Below are positions 51,537 to 64,000 of a stretch of 64,000 nucleotides of DNA, one piece after another. The notes below the pieces were generated by a model that saw only the letters and a program-made list of their open reading frames with translations, was not told the DNA's origin and did not search any database. A program made the position numbers and the translations under genes. The number at the start of each line of letters is the position of its first letter. Position 1 is the stretch's first letter. Origin of the DNA: Balanoglossus misakiensis (taxonomy: Eukaryota; Animalia; Hemichordata); assembly GCA_040954595.2 (NCBI GenBank), contig CM082580.2, positions 2,036,783 through 2,100,782 of the forward strand. Reading direction: 5' to 3'.

Positions 51537-53261
51537 ATATAGCTGCAAGCAGCGATGACGGGCACAAGCTTAAGCCGAAGGTCAAAGGTCATATGTGGTC
51601 ACCCAAAATTTGGGCAAAAAGTTTTGACCCCCATACTAGTCCAGGTCCAACAGAAACCAGACCTCTAGCCCTATTGGTTTGTCTGAAATTAGATATGCAC
51701 ATAATTAATGATGTAAAGTGTAAGACTCCATTAATAGTTCGATCCATCCAAACACAAATGCTGTACCTGTTCTGGATGCCAAGATATAGCAAAGTAGGTC
51801 AAAGGTCACCTGAGGCCACATTTTTTGACCCAATACTAGTCCAGGTCCAACAAAGACCAGACCTCTGGCCCTATTGGTTCGCCTAGAATTAGATATGCAC
51901 ATAATTAATGAGGTAAAGTACGAGGCTCCATTAGGAGTTCCATGCCTCCAAATGCTAAGGCTGTATCTGCGTGGGTTGCCGAGATATGGTAAAGTAGGTC
52001 AAAGGTCACCTGAGGTCACCCAAAATTAGGCAAGAAATTTTATCCCCATACTGGTCCATGTTCAACAAAAATCAAACCTCTAGCCCTATTGGCTAGCCTG
52101 GAATTAGGCATGCACATAATTAATGATATAAGCAGGTGTCACAGGTGACCCCCAATTTTGTCTTTTCAATTTTAGTCACAACCCTCCAAACGCCAAGTCT
52201 GTACCTACTCTGGATGCCGAGATATAGGAAAGTAGGTCAAAGGTCACCTGATGTCACCCAAAATTTGTGCAAGAAATTTTAATGCAATACTGGTCCATGT
52301 CCCACAAGAGCAAAACCTCTAACCCTATTGGTTAGCCTGGAATAAGGTATGCACATAATTAATGAGATAAGCATGTGTCACAGATGACCCCCAATTTTGG
52401 TTTTTCAATTTTAGTCCCAACCCTCCAAACGCCAAGTCTGCACCTCCTAAGGTTGCTTAGATATGTTACAGTAGGTCAAAGGTCACCCGAGGTCATCCGA
52501 AATTTGGGCAAGAAATTTTGACCCCATACTGGTCCATGTCCCACAAGAAGATAACCTCTAGCCCTATTGGTTCGCCTGGAATTAGGTATGCACATAATTA
52601 ATGAGATAAGCAGGTGTCACACGTGACCCCAATTTTGGCTTTTTCAATTTTAGTCCCAACCCTGCAAACGCCAATTCAGTACCTGCTCTGGATGCCGAGA
52701 TATAGGAAATTAGGTCAAAGGTCACCTGAGGTCACCCAAACTGTTGGCAAAAATTTCAAACCCCATACTGGTCCATGTCCCACAAGAACAAAACCTCTAG
52801 CCCTAATAGTTAGCCCGGAATTAGGTATGCACATAATTAATGAGTTAAGCAGGTGTTACAGGTGAGCCCAAAATTGTGTCTTTTATATTGGTCCCATTCA
52901 GCTCACGGGCCACTAGACTGTCACTGTACAGGACAATTGCACAGACGTGGACATAGTGTCATAACTTAACTATAGAAAGTATACCGGTAGACTAATGGCT
53001 GGGTCCACAAATATGACAAATAATATTTAATAATCTTCTTCTCAAAATAGACTTGGCCTACAGCCTTGACATTTGGCATGTAGGACACTGACCACATGGT
53101 CCGAAAAAGTTGCTAAAAGAATTTTGATATCTCCATTCATATGCAAATTAGGACCATTTGAAAACTTTGCCCATTTTTGGTCATCACGTCACATGACTTA
53201 TTAAACATTCACAAGGGGCCTGCACCACTGTGCAGAGTTTGAGATTTGTAGGTTCAGCCGT

Positions 53262-56200
53262 TGTCACAAGGTAAGATACAAGGGATGATACTGAGCAGTA
53301 CCAGGTAGCTTTTCCTTCAGACCATGTGACTGGGTTCTTTTGTGCTGGGGACCCCTTACTTCGGGAATCGTAAAACTCAGAAACTTTATTACGTTTATGC
53401 ATAGACTATTTATTCAACTTGCAGAAATGTATCGATGGATCCAATGAATTGTACAGGGACAGCCACTATAGACAAAATACCAGTGGACTGTATGCACAGT
53501 AAAGAAATATGACACAAAACACAAAGACATGAAACGGTACAAACATGACAAAAGACATTAACAGGTGGTTATCACACGTTTGCCCTACCCTTGCTAAGAA
53601 AGATTGTAGAGTTCAGTGAGTTCAGTAGTGACAATGTTCCAGGAAATGGGTCGCAGAATATAGCAGTCTTTCCAGTTTCATCGAGGCGATGGTCGATCCC
53701 TGGCCGCACAGGATGTCTCGTATCACACTTGGTGGAAAACTCCGTCACCGTTGTAGTTTCGCCATACAGGCCTAGCAGTCAGATTCTGGTAGGATTACAC
53801 ACACAGTGCCTCAGTGCTACCGCTGGCTGTCAGATCAGTCTCCCCCTCAAGAATGGGCCCGCAGCCTTTTATACCACCTTCCAGGTGCATTGCTGTACAT
53901 ATTTTCTACAATAATTTATTCAGAATGATTGTCCACTGTTCTCCACTGTCTATTGTTTTAGATTCTCCCCGAATTATCACCTCTGAATTATTCATGCAGA
54001 CCAAGTCAGTGCACAGATTATGTAATCCAGGGCTGGTGAATTGTCCATGCGCAGTTATTCACACTGGTGGTGTGTCATAGCAGAGTTCATTTTGTCAAAG
54101 CCGTTCGATGCTAAGATGTGTAACTGACTGTCTAACCACCTCAGACAAGTAGACGTACAGCAAATCCTTACTAACCTTTAACCACCACACAAAAACAACA
54201 CTGGACACACAAGACAACACACAACACTATAGACACTTTGTGACACAATTCCCCTTTCAAAGACGGAACTAGTTTCGTCTTAATGCTGAAAGGTGTCTAT
54301 AGTTACAGCTATATGGGGAAGCTGAAATACTATTTCCTTTTGCTCACCTTAAGTATTCATTGAAATATAACTGCTTTACCCTGTGCTTCGGCTAAAGTAG
54401 TCAGCTTCAACATTGTCTGTACCTTTGATAGCAACAATCCTGTAGCGAAAGGACTGCAAGTACAGAGCCCAACGCATCAACCGACTATTTGATACTTTGG
54501 CACGGCTTAAGTAGATAAGTGGCTGGTGGTCAGTCTCAATCACAAACTCTTTCCCATAAAGGTACTGTTGGAATTTACAAATACCCCAGATAATTGCCAA
54601 ACATTCTTTTTCAATCACTGAATATGCTGTCTCCCTTTAAAGCAATTTTCTACTTGCATAAATTATTGGGAATTTGTTGCTCTCATGTTCTTGCAAGACG
54701 ACTGCCCCCAGTCCATTATCTGATGCATCAGCCCTTAAAATGAAAGGCTTTGAAAAATCTGGCAGCCTTAGAACCGGATAGTTACTCAGAGCCCTTTTCA
54801 AATCAGTAAAGGCCTTCTCCTGTGGCATACCCCAGTGAACCACCTTTGGTTGTCCCTTTCTAGTGAGGTCACTGAGTGGCGCTGCTATAGATGCAAAGTT
54901 TGGTATGAATTTTCTATAGTAGCCGGCCATTCCCAGAAACGAACGAACTTGCTTTACTGTACGGGGTTTTTCTGCATGAAGAAGTGCCTCCACTTTCTGT
55001 GGCTGCATTTGCAATAACCCCTGGCCAACCAAATGTCCCACAAATTCCAAATTTTGATATCCTATGTAACATTTGCTGGGCTTTGCAGTTAAACCTGTTT
55101 CATCTAGTCTTCTGAGTACTTCCGTTATGGTATCAATATGATCTGCCCATGACTGGTTGTGTATTAGGATGTCATCTATTATATTTTCAACCCTTCCTTG
55201 CAATCCTCTGAGAACTATTCTCATAATACGGCTGAAGGTCGCCGGGGCATTGACAAGACCAAATGGCATAAACCGAAACTGAAACAATCCTTTAGGGGTG
55301 AGAAAGGCGGTTTTGTCCTTTGCCCCCTTCTGCCATTGGGATTTGCCAATACCCTTTGGTAAGATCTAACTTTGTAAAGTATTTGCTCTCGGTTAATCTA
55401 GTAAATAACTCATCAGAATTTGGCATTGGTTCTGCATCAAAGGTGGTGACTTTGTTCAACTTTCTAAAGTCGATACAAAATCGAACGGTGCCATCTTTTT
55501 TTGTAATTAAGACAATGGGGGATGCATATGGAGAATCTGATGGTTCAATCACACCCATTCTTAGCATACTGTCAACTTCCTGACACACAGTGTCTTGTAA
55601 TGCAAATGGCAGTGGATACGGTTTAGACCTAATAGGGTCATTGGATATTAACTTGATATCATGTTCCCCTACTTTTGATTTCCCAGGCATGTCAGTCAGT
55701 GTATGCGCAAATTGTCTCAGAGTTCTTCTCACATCTTGGTTTTGTTCTGCACTCAGATTTTCATTCACATGCACATCCTCAATACTTTCTTTCCCTAGCG
55801 ATGAGGTAATTTCTATCAAATCATTCTTCTGTCCCTGATCACTATTTTCATTACATTCATCCTCATCCACCTCTTCACTTTCTATTACCCCAATACATAC
55901 ACATTCCATCACACCGCCACTAATTGGCTCATGCTCATCCTTGTCCTCCCCACGTTCTTCATATTTCTTCAATAAATTAGCATGATATAATTTCAACCTT
56001 GTCTTAACTTCCAGTCGATAGTCCATCAGACCAACCCTTTCCTCTACAGTGTATGGGCCTTGCCATTGCATTTTTAATTTGTCATGCTCTGTACGAAGTA
56101 AAAGCAATACCTTATCCCCGACCTTGAAAGTCCTATCACTGGTTTTCTTGTCAAAATGCAATTTGTACCTTGATTGCGACTTTTCCAATTCCTTACGGGC

Positions 56201-59200
56201 CAATTCACATGTCTCCTCCAATCTATCTTTGAGGTCAAGAACGTACTCATATGTGGATTTGATATCAGATTGGGTGTCTTCCCCCGTCCACAGTTGTCTG
56301 AGTATGGCCATAGGTCCCCTAACCGTACGACCATACAAAAGTTCAAATGGCGAAAACCCTAAACTTTCCTGTGGGGCTTCACGATATGCAAATAGCAGTG
56401 GATCCACATACCGATCCCAATCTTTGGGTCTTTCAGTACTCATTTTCCTGAGCATAGATTTCAGGGTGCCATTGAAACGTTCTACTAACCCATTGCATGC
56501 TGGGTGGTATGGAGTGGTAGTTAACTGTTTAATTGAAAGCAATCTGTTAACTTCCTTCATGAGATCAGATACAAATTGTTTACCCATGTCCGACAATATC
56601 TGCTCTGGTACCCCTACCCGACTATACATCCCCACTAACGCTTCTGCTACTGCCTCAGTTGTAATTCTCTTCAGGGGCACTGCCTCTGGGTAACGGGTTG
56701 CATAATCTACTACTGTGAGTATATAGCGATTACCCTTATCTGTAACAGGATCTATTGGGCCTATTATGTCTACTGCCACCCTCTTAAAAGGAGTATCGAG
56801 TAATGGCATTCTTCCCAGTGGTACTTTACCCACCTTTCCCTTGGGACTTGTCCTCTGACATACATCACATGAACGGCAATATCGAGATATGTCATCGTGT
56901 ATGGAGGGCCAATAAAATTGTGTAAGGACCTTATTAGTAGTTTTCTTTGCACCTAGGTGACCTGCGAGCACCGAATCATGTCCAAGCTTCATCACCTCCG
57001 TACGGTACTGTACAGGAACTACTAACTGGGTAAATACTCGTCCCTGCTCTATTTTAGGTGACTGAAATTCCCTGTAAATCAGTCCATTTTTCGTAATGAA
57101 ACGAGACACATTACCTAACCCACTTAGTCTCTCTTTACCTGACTTCACTAAGCTACGAACTTGTTTCAAACTGTCATCAGTCTGCTGTGCTTCTCTGAGC
57201 ACTTCTACTGTAACTTCTTTCCCACACTTTGGTACAATCATAGGATGCCCTGGCCTTCCCTCTCTTAACTTTTGACTCCTAGTCTGCACACTTTGCACTA
57301 CTTCAAAATTATCTTTGGGGTCTCCCTCTTTATCTTTAAGACTATCTACAAGATTCACATCATTCTTGTTCCAGTTAGGATTGGGATTCCCAGGCTCTCT
57401 AGCTCCATCAATGTTACCTATGATTACATCATACACTGGGGTTTGCATACACAATGCATCAACTTCACCATGATAATAGGGTGTGTTAATATTCACTCTG
57501 GCTACTGGGGCTCGCCTACAGGTTCCATCTATCATAACGCATGTACGAACTTCCCCGGTTAGCTGAGACGACTCCACTAGATCACGTCTAACCACAACAC
57601 CACTACACCACTATCTCTCAAAACTTGAATTTTCTTATCGTTAATGACCCCTTCAACTACTGGCATACCGTGAATGAAATTACAAGGGCGTGAAATGCTA
57701 GCAACGCTAATGATCGGCAGCTCATGTCCGCATTCTAACATTACCCTATCCTTTACTTCTGTCAAACATGGATGCCTATCACTTTTTGACTCTTTTGAAA
57801 CTACGCAAGTCGCTGACACCTGCTTGGCTGAATTTTCTGATTGTTTGGACCCAGTTTCTTTATTCTGTGCAATTTGTAGTGCGGCTGACTTTATCGTTGG
57901 ACGATTAGATACAGGATTTCTGCATTGGGCTATCAAATGTCCCACTTTACCACACCTAAAACATTTCCTTGGCAAACTTCGTTTATCACTAGATTCTTGA
58001 AAAGGTTTAATAGTTACCTTTGAGCTTGGAGAGTTACTATGTAAAGGGGGTGCCTGACTACGTTTCCCCAAAGTGGCTTGTCTAGCCTCCCTGTGCCTAT
58101 CTGCTAGTGTAGTCATTTCTTGAATATTAGACGGTGCTCTTTCATGTAAGAAGAGTGCTAGATCAGATGCACAGGTATTTAAATATTGCTCTCTCAAAAT
58201 AAGGTCTTGGAGCCCCTCAAATGATTTTGTAATTTTTGCCAAATCAACCCACCTTTTGAAATAGTTCTCAATTCTGGCCACAAACTGAGATGCGGTTTCA
58301 TTTGCTTGTTGCTTTGATGTCCTAAATTTTCGTTTAAACCCCTCTTCGTTTAAATCGTAACGTTTCAACAGCCAAATTCTTTCACTTTCTCATACTGACT
58401 CGCATCATCACTTGACAAACTCGCATAAACAGACAATGCCTTCCCAGTCAGTAAGGCGCTCAGACACATAGCCCAAATATTATCATCCCAACCTTGACTT
58501 TTGGCAAACAATTCAAACCGTATCAGATATGCATCCAGATGATCCTTCCCATCATTAAATTCAGGTAATTTTGGCATTCTGGCTGTAGTGCGAGAGGGTG
58601 ATTTTAGACTCAACTTCTGTTCTACAGGTTCGCTTTTTAACCATTTCAATTTTTCAAGTTCAAATTGTCTGTCACTGGCTAATTTTTCTTGTTCAAATTG
58701 CCTGTCTTTCTCTCTCTGTCTTTCAGCTGACATTAACTTTTCCTGTTCAAACTCTAGTGTACGCAAAGTTACTTCAGTGTCCAATTTATCAGCTTCTCGT
58801 TTTGCCTGTCTCTCTTCACGTGCTATCTTTTGTTGTTCTCGTGCTATGGTTTGTTGTTCTTTTATGAAATCAGCAAGGTCTCCTCCTTCTAACCCTATCT
58901 CTTCACCAACTCTCTTAATTTCAGCCAGATCCATCCTACAAATATTATACCCTGAGTTTACGATTCACCAACACCTACAAGATTGGCCAATTTGTTCCAC
59001 TTTTGTAGTTTTTGTTATATACCAGGAACCACGATGGGTGTCCAAGATATAAACGGTGGGAATAAACAAAAAAATCCGAAAGATATGATTTTCAATGAAA
59101 ACTATCCCACCGCTGCCACCAAATATGTCACAAGGTAAGATACAAGGGATGATACTGAGCAGTACCAGGTAGCTTTTCCTTCAGACCATGTGACTGGGTT

Positions 59201-60109
59201 CTTTTGTGCTGGGGACCCCCTACTTCGGGAATCGTAAAACTCAGAAACTTTATTACGTTTATGCATAGACTATTTATTCAACTTGCAGAAATGTATCGAT
59301 GGATCCAATGAATTGTACAGGGACAGCCACTATAGACAAAATACCAGTGGACTGTATGCACAGTAAAGAAATATGACACAAAACACAAAGACATGAAATG
59401 GTACAAACATGACAAAAGACATTAACAGGTGGTTATCACACGTTTGCCCTACCCTTGCTAAGAAAGATTGTAGAGTTCAGTGAGTTCAGTAGTGACAATG
59501 TTCCAGGAAATGGGTCGCAGAATATAGCAGTCTTTCCAGTTTCATCGAGGCGATGGTCGATCCCTGGCCGCACAGGATGTCTCGTATCACACTTGGTGGA
59601 AAACTCCGTCACCGTTGTAGTTTCGCCATACAGGCCTAGCAGTCAGATTCTGGTAGGATTACACACACAGTGCCTCAGTGCTACCGCTGGCTGTCATGTC
59701 AGTCTCCCCCTCAAGAATGGGCCCGCAGCCTTTTATACCACCTTCCAGGTGCATTGCTGTACATATTTTCTACAATAATTTATTCAGAATGATTGTCCAC
59801 TGTTCTCCACTGTCTATTGTTTTAGTTTCTCCCCGAATTATCACCTCCGAATTATTCATGCAGACCAAGTCAGTGCACAGATTATGTAATCCAGGGCTGG
59901 TGAATTGTCCATGCGCAGTTATTCACACTGGTGGTGTGTCATAGCAGAGTTCATTTTGTCAAAGCCGTTCGATGCTAAGATGTGTAACTGACTGTCTAAC
60001 CACCTCAGACAAGTAGACGTACAGCAAATCTTTACTAACCTTTAACCACCACACAAAAACAACACTGGACACACAAGACAACACACAACACTATAGACAC
60101 TTTGTGACA
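53262..60109 (-). mobile_element. Full-length Gypsy LTR retrotransposon, Gmr1-like
   Basis: 984-bp near-identical LTRs 53262-54245 and 59126-60109 (TGT..ACA); 5-bp TSD gccgt; tRNA-Leu-type PBS tggtggcagcggtgggat (~59104-59121); PPT at ~54246-54260. Confidence 0.97.
54376..58934 (-). pseudogene. gag (SCAN-like, CCHC) - protease - integrase - RT - RNase H polyprotein with 4 frameshifts
   Basis: CFRCGKVGHLIAQC; LRDSG; H..GHLG..CDVC, VAVD, SD.G, GLVERFN; MPFGL..IDD; ADASD..YASRKL. Frame breaks at ~58365, ~57585, ~55290 and ~54635. Confidence 0.93.
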
Positions 60110-60414
60110 GCCGTTTTCAAGATCCTATTGGGCAAAAAAACTACACAAGAAAAGAAGAGGATCAAAAACCCCAGTAATACCAATAGGGCCCAAGCCCGGT
60201 AGGCTTGGGCCCTAAAAACTCCAGCAATAACAGAAGGGGCACAAGCGCCTGAGGGCGCTTGTGCCCCTAACTAGTTTCTTTCCACTGTGGCCAACGTGGT
60301 TCACTGTTTGTGTCAGAATCTCTATGTTTTGCAAGTATTTTGAAATCATAGTGGTGACATGCATAGTGAAAATCAGCTACTTTCAAATGTTCATCATGTT
60401 CACGCTGTAATTGA

Positions 60415-61640
60415 ATGACCTTGTAGGTTAGGTCTTATTACTATGTATTATTCACTTTACAGCTCCCTGATTGGTTAATGTGTAGGTCTGGTCCTCCAGT
60501 TTTCACTGCCTCATTATGCAGGACCTTGTAGGTTAGGTCTTATTAACATGCATTTATTCAATTTTCAGCACCCTGATTGGTTAATGTGTAGTTCTCCAAT
60601 TTTCACTGCCAAGTCTTTTGTACTTTCTGAATACAGTTGTCGTATTCTGTCTGCCATGCTGCCTGCGCGTTGTCGAAGCTCGATCCCAGTGTATAAAGAA
60701 AGGCACTCATATAATGATTGGATTTCACCTTTTCCTTCACTATTCATGGCATTTTATGTGATACTGTGAACTAGATACTCGAAATAAAAATTGTCCGGAG
60801 AAATTTCGTATTTTATTTCCAGTGGCGGTTTGTTGAAATGGGCTAGTGTTTTGTTACGTAATGCCTTTCAGCGCATCACTTCATGTAACACCTGGTTGAA
60901 TACAAAGTGTGTGCTATTCATTCGAGCAAACCAAAAATATCTTACAATAGAAATGTTTAGAATAGCATTGCATTTCTTTGGGATACCTCATTAGTTGCTT
61001 TACAGGTATGATTACTTTTATTGAACTTCTTTCACGAAGCTGCACCGACATAGTTCCATTTTTATGAAAACAATATACGAATGTATAAACGGACAACGTG
61101 CTCCTTATCACAACATGTTCGTCAAAACATATTTACTTTAAAATAGTAAAACAACAATAATAATATTGATGATGAGAAGTAGGAGGGTGATTAAAAAAAT
61201 ATACAACTGTTAGCAAAAATGCTTAGATGAGTTAATTAGATTTTCAAAGTCCATCTAAAAATCATTTAATCTTTCCAGGGTGCGGTTTATGTTGGAGATA
61301 GTATCAGTCAGGCTATTTCTCAGAAAATCAATGAATGATCTGCGGACATCCCGAATAATGTGTTACCAGGAAGCACATGGGACATTTCACAATGAGGCAG
61401 TGAACACTGGGGGACCAGACTGACATGTTAACCAATCAGGGAGCTGAATGGTGAATAAATACATATTAATAAGACCTAACCTACAAGGTCCTGTATAATG
61501 AGGCAGTGAACACATGGGGGACCAGACTGACACGTTAACCAATCAGGGAACTGTTAAGTGAATAATGCATAGTAATAAGACCTAACCTACAAGGTCTAGT
61601 GAATATTACATAGTAATAAGACCTAACCTACAAGGTCCCT
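60415..61640. repeat. Inverted repeat clusters (gaccttgtaggttaggtcttatta x2 versus reverse complement x3); possible MITE
   Basis: Forward copies at 60417 and 60522; inverted copies at ~61467, ~61573 and ~61614. Confidence 0.65.
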
Positions 61641-62223
61641 CCAATCAGCGTGCCGCAAGTGGACCTTAGAGAAGCGGATAAACCAATCAGAACATGCAAT
61701 ACATGTGTATAGGACGTGTAATGTAGGTCATTTTGAAACAGGGCTAGTACGCCCTTACAGGCCATGTAAACAGGGGGGCCAAATAAGGCCGTCTGGCAAA
61801 CGAATGATTAATTCAACGCGCCATGTGAGTTGAGCTGAGTTGGTCTGAGTTGCGTATCACACAGACTTAGGCTGAATTTCAGTGGAGTAACCAGTCCGTT
61901 TTAGATTTACCAATGATGTGAATTTAATTTCTTCACCCAGAAAAACAGTACACAACTTGTCTGCAACATGATGCTGGCACATGCCAGAGAAGTGGATCCG
62001 CGTTGTCAACACAAATGCCAGCATTCAAAAGGGGAGTGCCACCTGCTGAAATCAACTCATCTGCTGTGGGCCCGTTTACCTGTGGCAACTGTTCAGAGGA
62101 GACAACGTTTATTCCTAGCAAGCCACCACGCAATGTTGGGGTCTACCTGTCAACACAGATGCCAGCATTCATGTGAGTGAGAACCATGCTAAAATCTGAA
62201 TACTTTCTTCAATTTCAAGACAG

Positions 62224-63010
62224 AATTATTTATAAAATTATAAAAATTTAAGTGTATTATATATATATCATGAGTGATTTACTTAATTATTTATATATTA
62301 TAAGGTTATTCACAAAATACCGGGATTTATGTCCAAGTACATCGTGCAGCGCAGGTATTGTCCGAGACGCGCAGCGTCGAGGACAATACCGAAGCGTACG
62401 ATGTACGAGGACATAAATCCCGGTATTTTGTGAATAACCTTATTATTATACACCTTTTCCGGACGTCCTTGATGAACGATAAAGAATAAATAGGCCGCTA
62501 TCGGACTTTCTAGTTTTCAGACGCCGCCATGAGATAATTTGCATATCGAACGCGCCTTGACCTCGCGCATCAGGTGATGCTAGTGTCGAACTGCCGATGT
62601 CTCGCGCGACGTTCTACGCTGCTTGCGCTGAACGTGCTCGCCTGTTCAGCGTGGATTTTGACTTATTTCGCATCTTGGGTCACCAATAATTTTGTTTAAT
62701 AACGGCTGTGTACTTTTTATATAAATTTTTGTCAGAGTAGGGTTAATATCATTGTTTACATTGATCACCGGTCCTGTGAGGTCAAAGTCACAATGCATCC
62801 AATAACCCTGTGGGTTATGGGACTCCGCGTCCTCATTTGAATAATTATTGTACGGTGATACCGCGAATTATTGTATCACGGAACTCCATAGGTTACAGCA
62901 GTAGGTGTATAATAAAATTAATTATTTGTAAATAATTTAAGTGCAAGTCTATTATTTACATATAATGAATTACTCGCATAATTATTTATAAATAATGTAT
63001 TATATATAAA
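62224..63010. repeat. Continuation of the AT-rich 78-bp array, interrupted by a hairpin element
   Basis: aaaaatttaagtgtattatatatatatcatgagtgatttac at ~62242 is identical to the 3770-3960 units. Confidence 0.8.
62300..62915. mobile_element. Terminal-hairpin element (Crypton-like non-autonomous?)
   Basis: 144-bp stem-loop at 62300-62443 plus IR ttattatacacc / ggtgtataataa. Confidence 0.6.
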
Positions 63011-64000
63011 TAAGTGATTTCTAAACCGTGACAAAATGCACTCATTATTTGCTGCTCTTCATGATTTACGCCTGTTCACACAACCCCTTACATTTGGATC
63101 ATTACGCACACATATAGTCCCCACACGTGAACAAGAAATGCATATTTCGTGCCGTCATTTCATTTTTATTATGCTCCTTTCAAAGGTTAGATGAAACACC
63201 GAAAAAGGTATAAACTAGACAGTGATTTTAGCCCGTGATTTCAATGTTTGATTGAAACGCGAAAAGCTGATCGAAAGCTCCACATTGTGGCCCCCGAGGT
63301 CAAAGGTTGGCCGGTCATTGGGGTCACGCATCACAAGAGCATTATAAATTCAAACTTTGTATAATAATTCACGAAATTTAAGGATTATAATATTACAGGG
63401 CAACGTTATATGTTTTATAATCATAACATACAATTACATTTTCAGTAGAGATATTTGTCTGAGATGCTTAGTTATTGTCGTTATTGGCGTAACATAGCTG
63501 TGCAGCAAAACAGTGAACACAACACATGCCTACACTGCACTGGAACTTGTAAGCGAGAATAATGGATGAAAGGCAACGTGGTACCTCTGATCGCGATCGG
63601 GGATCCGATTTAGCTGCAATAGTCAACCAAGCCGTGTTAACAGCTTTGCAAAGTACTAACTGTAGTGGCACTTCTTCAAGATTTAACTCGGCGACTGATG
63701 GCCAACCGGCAATGCTTCTGTCCACCAAACTCGGCTACTCCAGTTCCGGCCCCTGAAGAAGCAGTTCCATCACAAACACCCAGAAGCGCTAGGGTTGAGA
63801 GATTAATATCATCCCATCGTCGGGCACGTCAGTCACCCTCCTTACTTGACAGTGACGACGATAGGCTGATTTTGTCCCTTCCCAGGTAAGTTCACCAAAT
63901 GCATGTGAATGAATTAAGGTATCTATGCATGAAACCAAGACTTCAAATCTGCTCTTCTTCCTGTGACATTGATTATAGACAAACTGCCACTGATCAGTCT

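Larger units (their letters stand above)
6700..60270 (+). mobile_element. Helentron (Helitron2) with stacked HINE derivatives; right boundary inferred
   Basis: 5' motif taaAGCTGCAAGCAGC..gggcccaagc at 6701; RepHel-endonuclease gene inside; matching 3' hairpins (gggcccaagc..gcttgggccc, gggcacaagc..gcttgtgccc) at 51502, 60184 and 60235; no TSD. Confidence 0.7.
51538..60270 (+). mobile_element. Third HINE-like element, interrupted by the Gypsy insertion
   Basis: Starts tatagctgcaagcagcgatgacgggcacaagc; contains 237-bp units; 3' hairpins at 60184-60214 and 60235-60268. Confidence 0.7.
3989..62223. mobile_element. Non-autonomous TIR element (AATT TSD, Sola-like) expanded to 58 kb by nested insertions
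   Basis: aatt|ctgtaataaaaatgaagaaagta... versus ...tactttcttcaatttcaagacag|aatt. Removing it restores the 78-bp unit in register. Internal blocks in 4030-4700 recur at 61748-62180. Confidence 0.7.

Noticed and set aside
53591-59944. Duplicated 107-aa and 88-aa ORFs
   Set aside because: They lie within the two LTRs; the duplication reflects LTR identity.

Overview
Eukaryotic, AT-rich DNA with spliceosomal introns, probably from a marine invertebrate (inference). I see no clear host gene; nearly the whole window is a nested stack of transposable elements whose order can be rebuilt from target-site duplications (TSDs). At the left is the end of an IS3EU-type DNA transposon (1..2182). A 78-bp AT-rich array is split by a 58-kb insert (3989..62223; AATT TSD, imperfect TIRs). 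That insert contains a large Helentron (Helitron2) and its HINE derivatives (~6700..60270). The Helentron carries a decayed polyprotein (C76/VTD DUB-OTU-Rep-PIF1-AP endonuclease) and a divergent, apparently intact 3-exon RPA-like ssDNA-binding gene that the ORF track misses. Further nested elements are two truncated LINEs, a 3-kb foldback IS3EU, two P-like MITEs, a Kolobok-like MITE, a non-coding LTR element, a long-TIR element with zinc-finger relics, an ISL2EU element with an Ngaro YR-retrotransposon in its intron, and a Gmr1-type Gypsy. All family assignments come from motifs and terminal structures read by eye; no database search was run.
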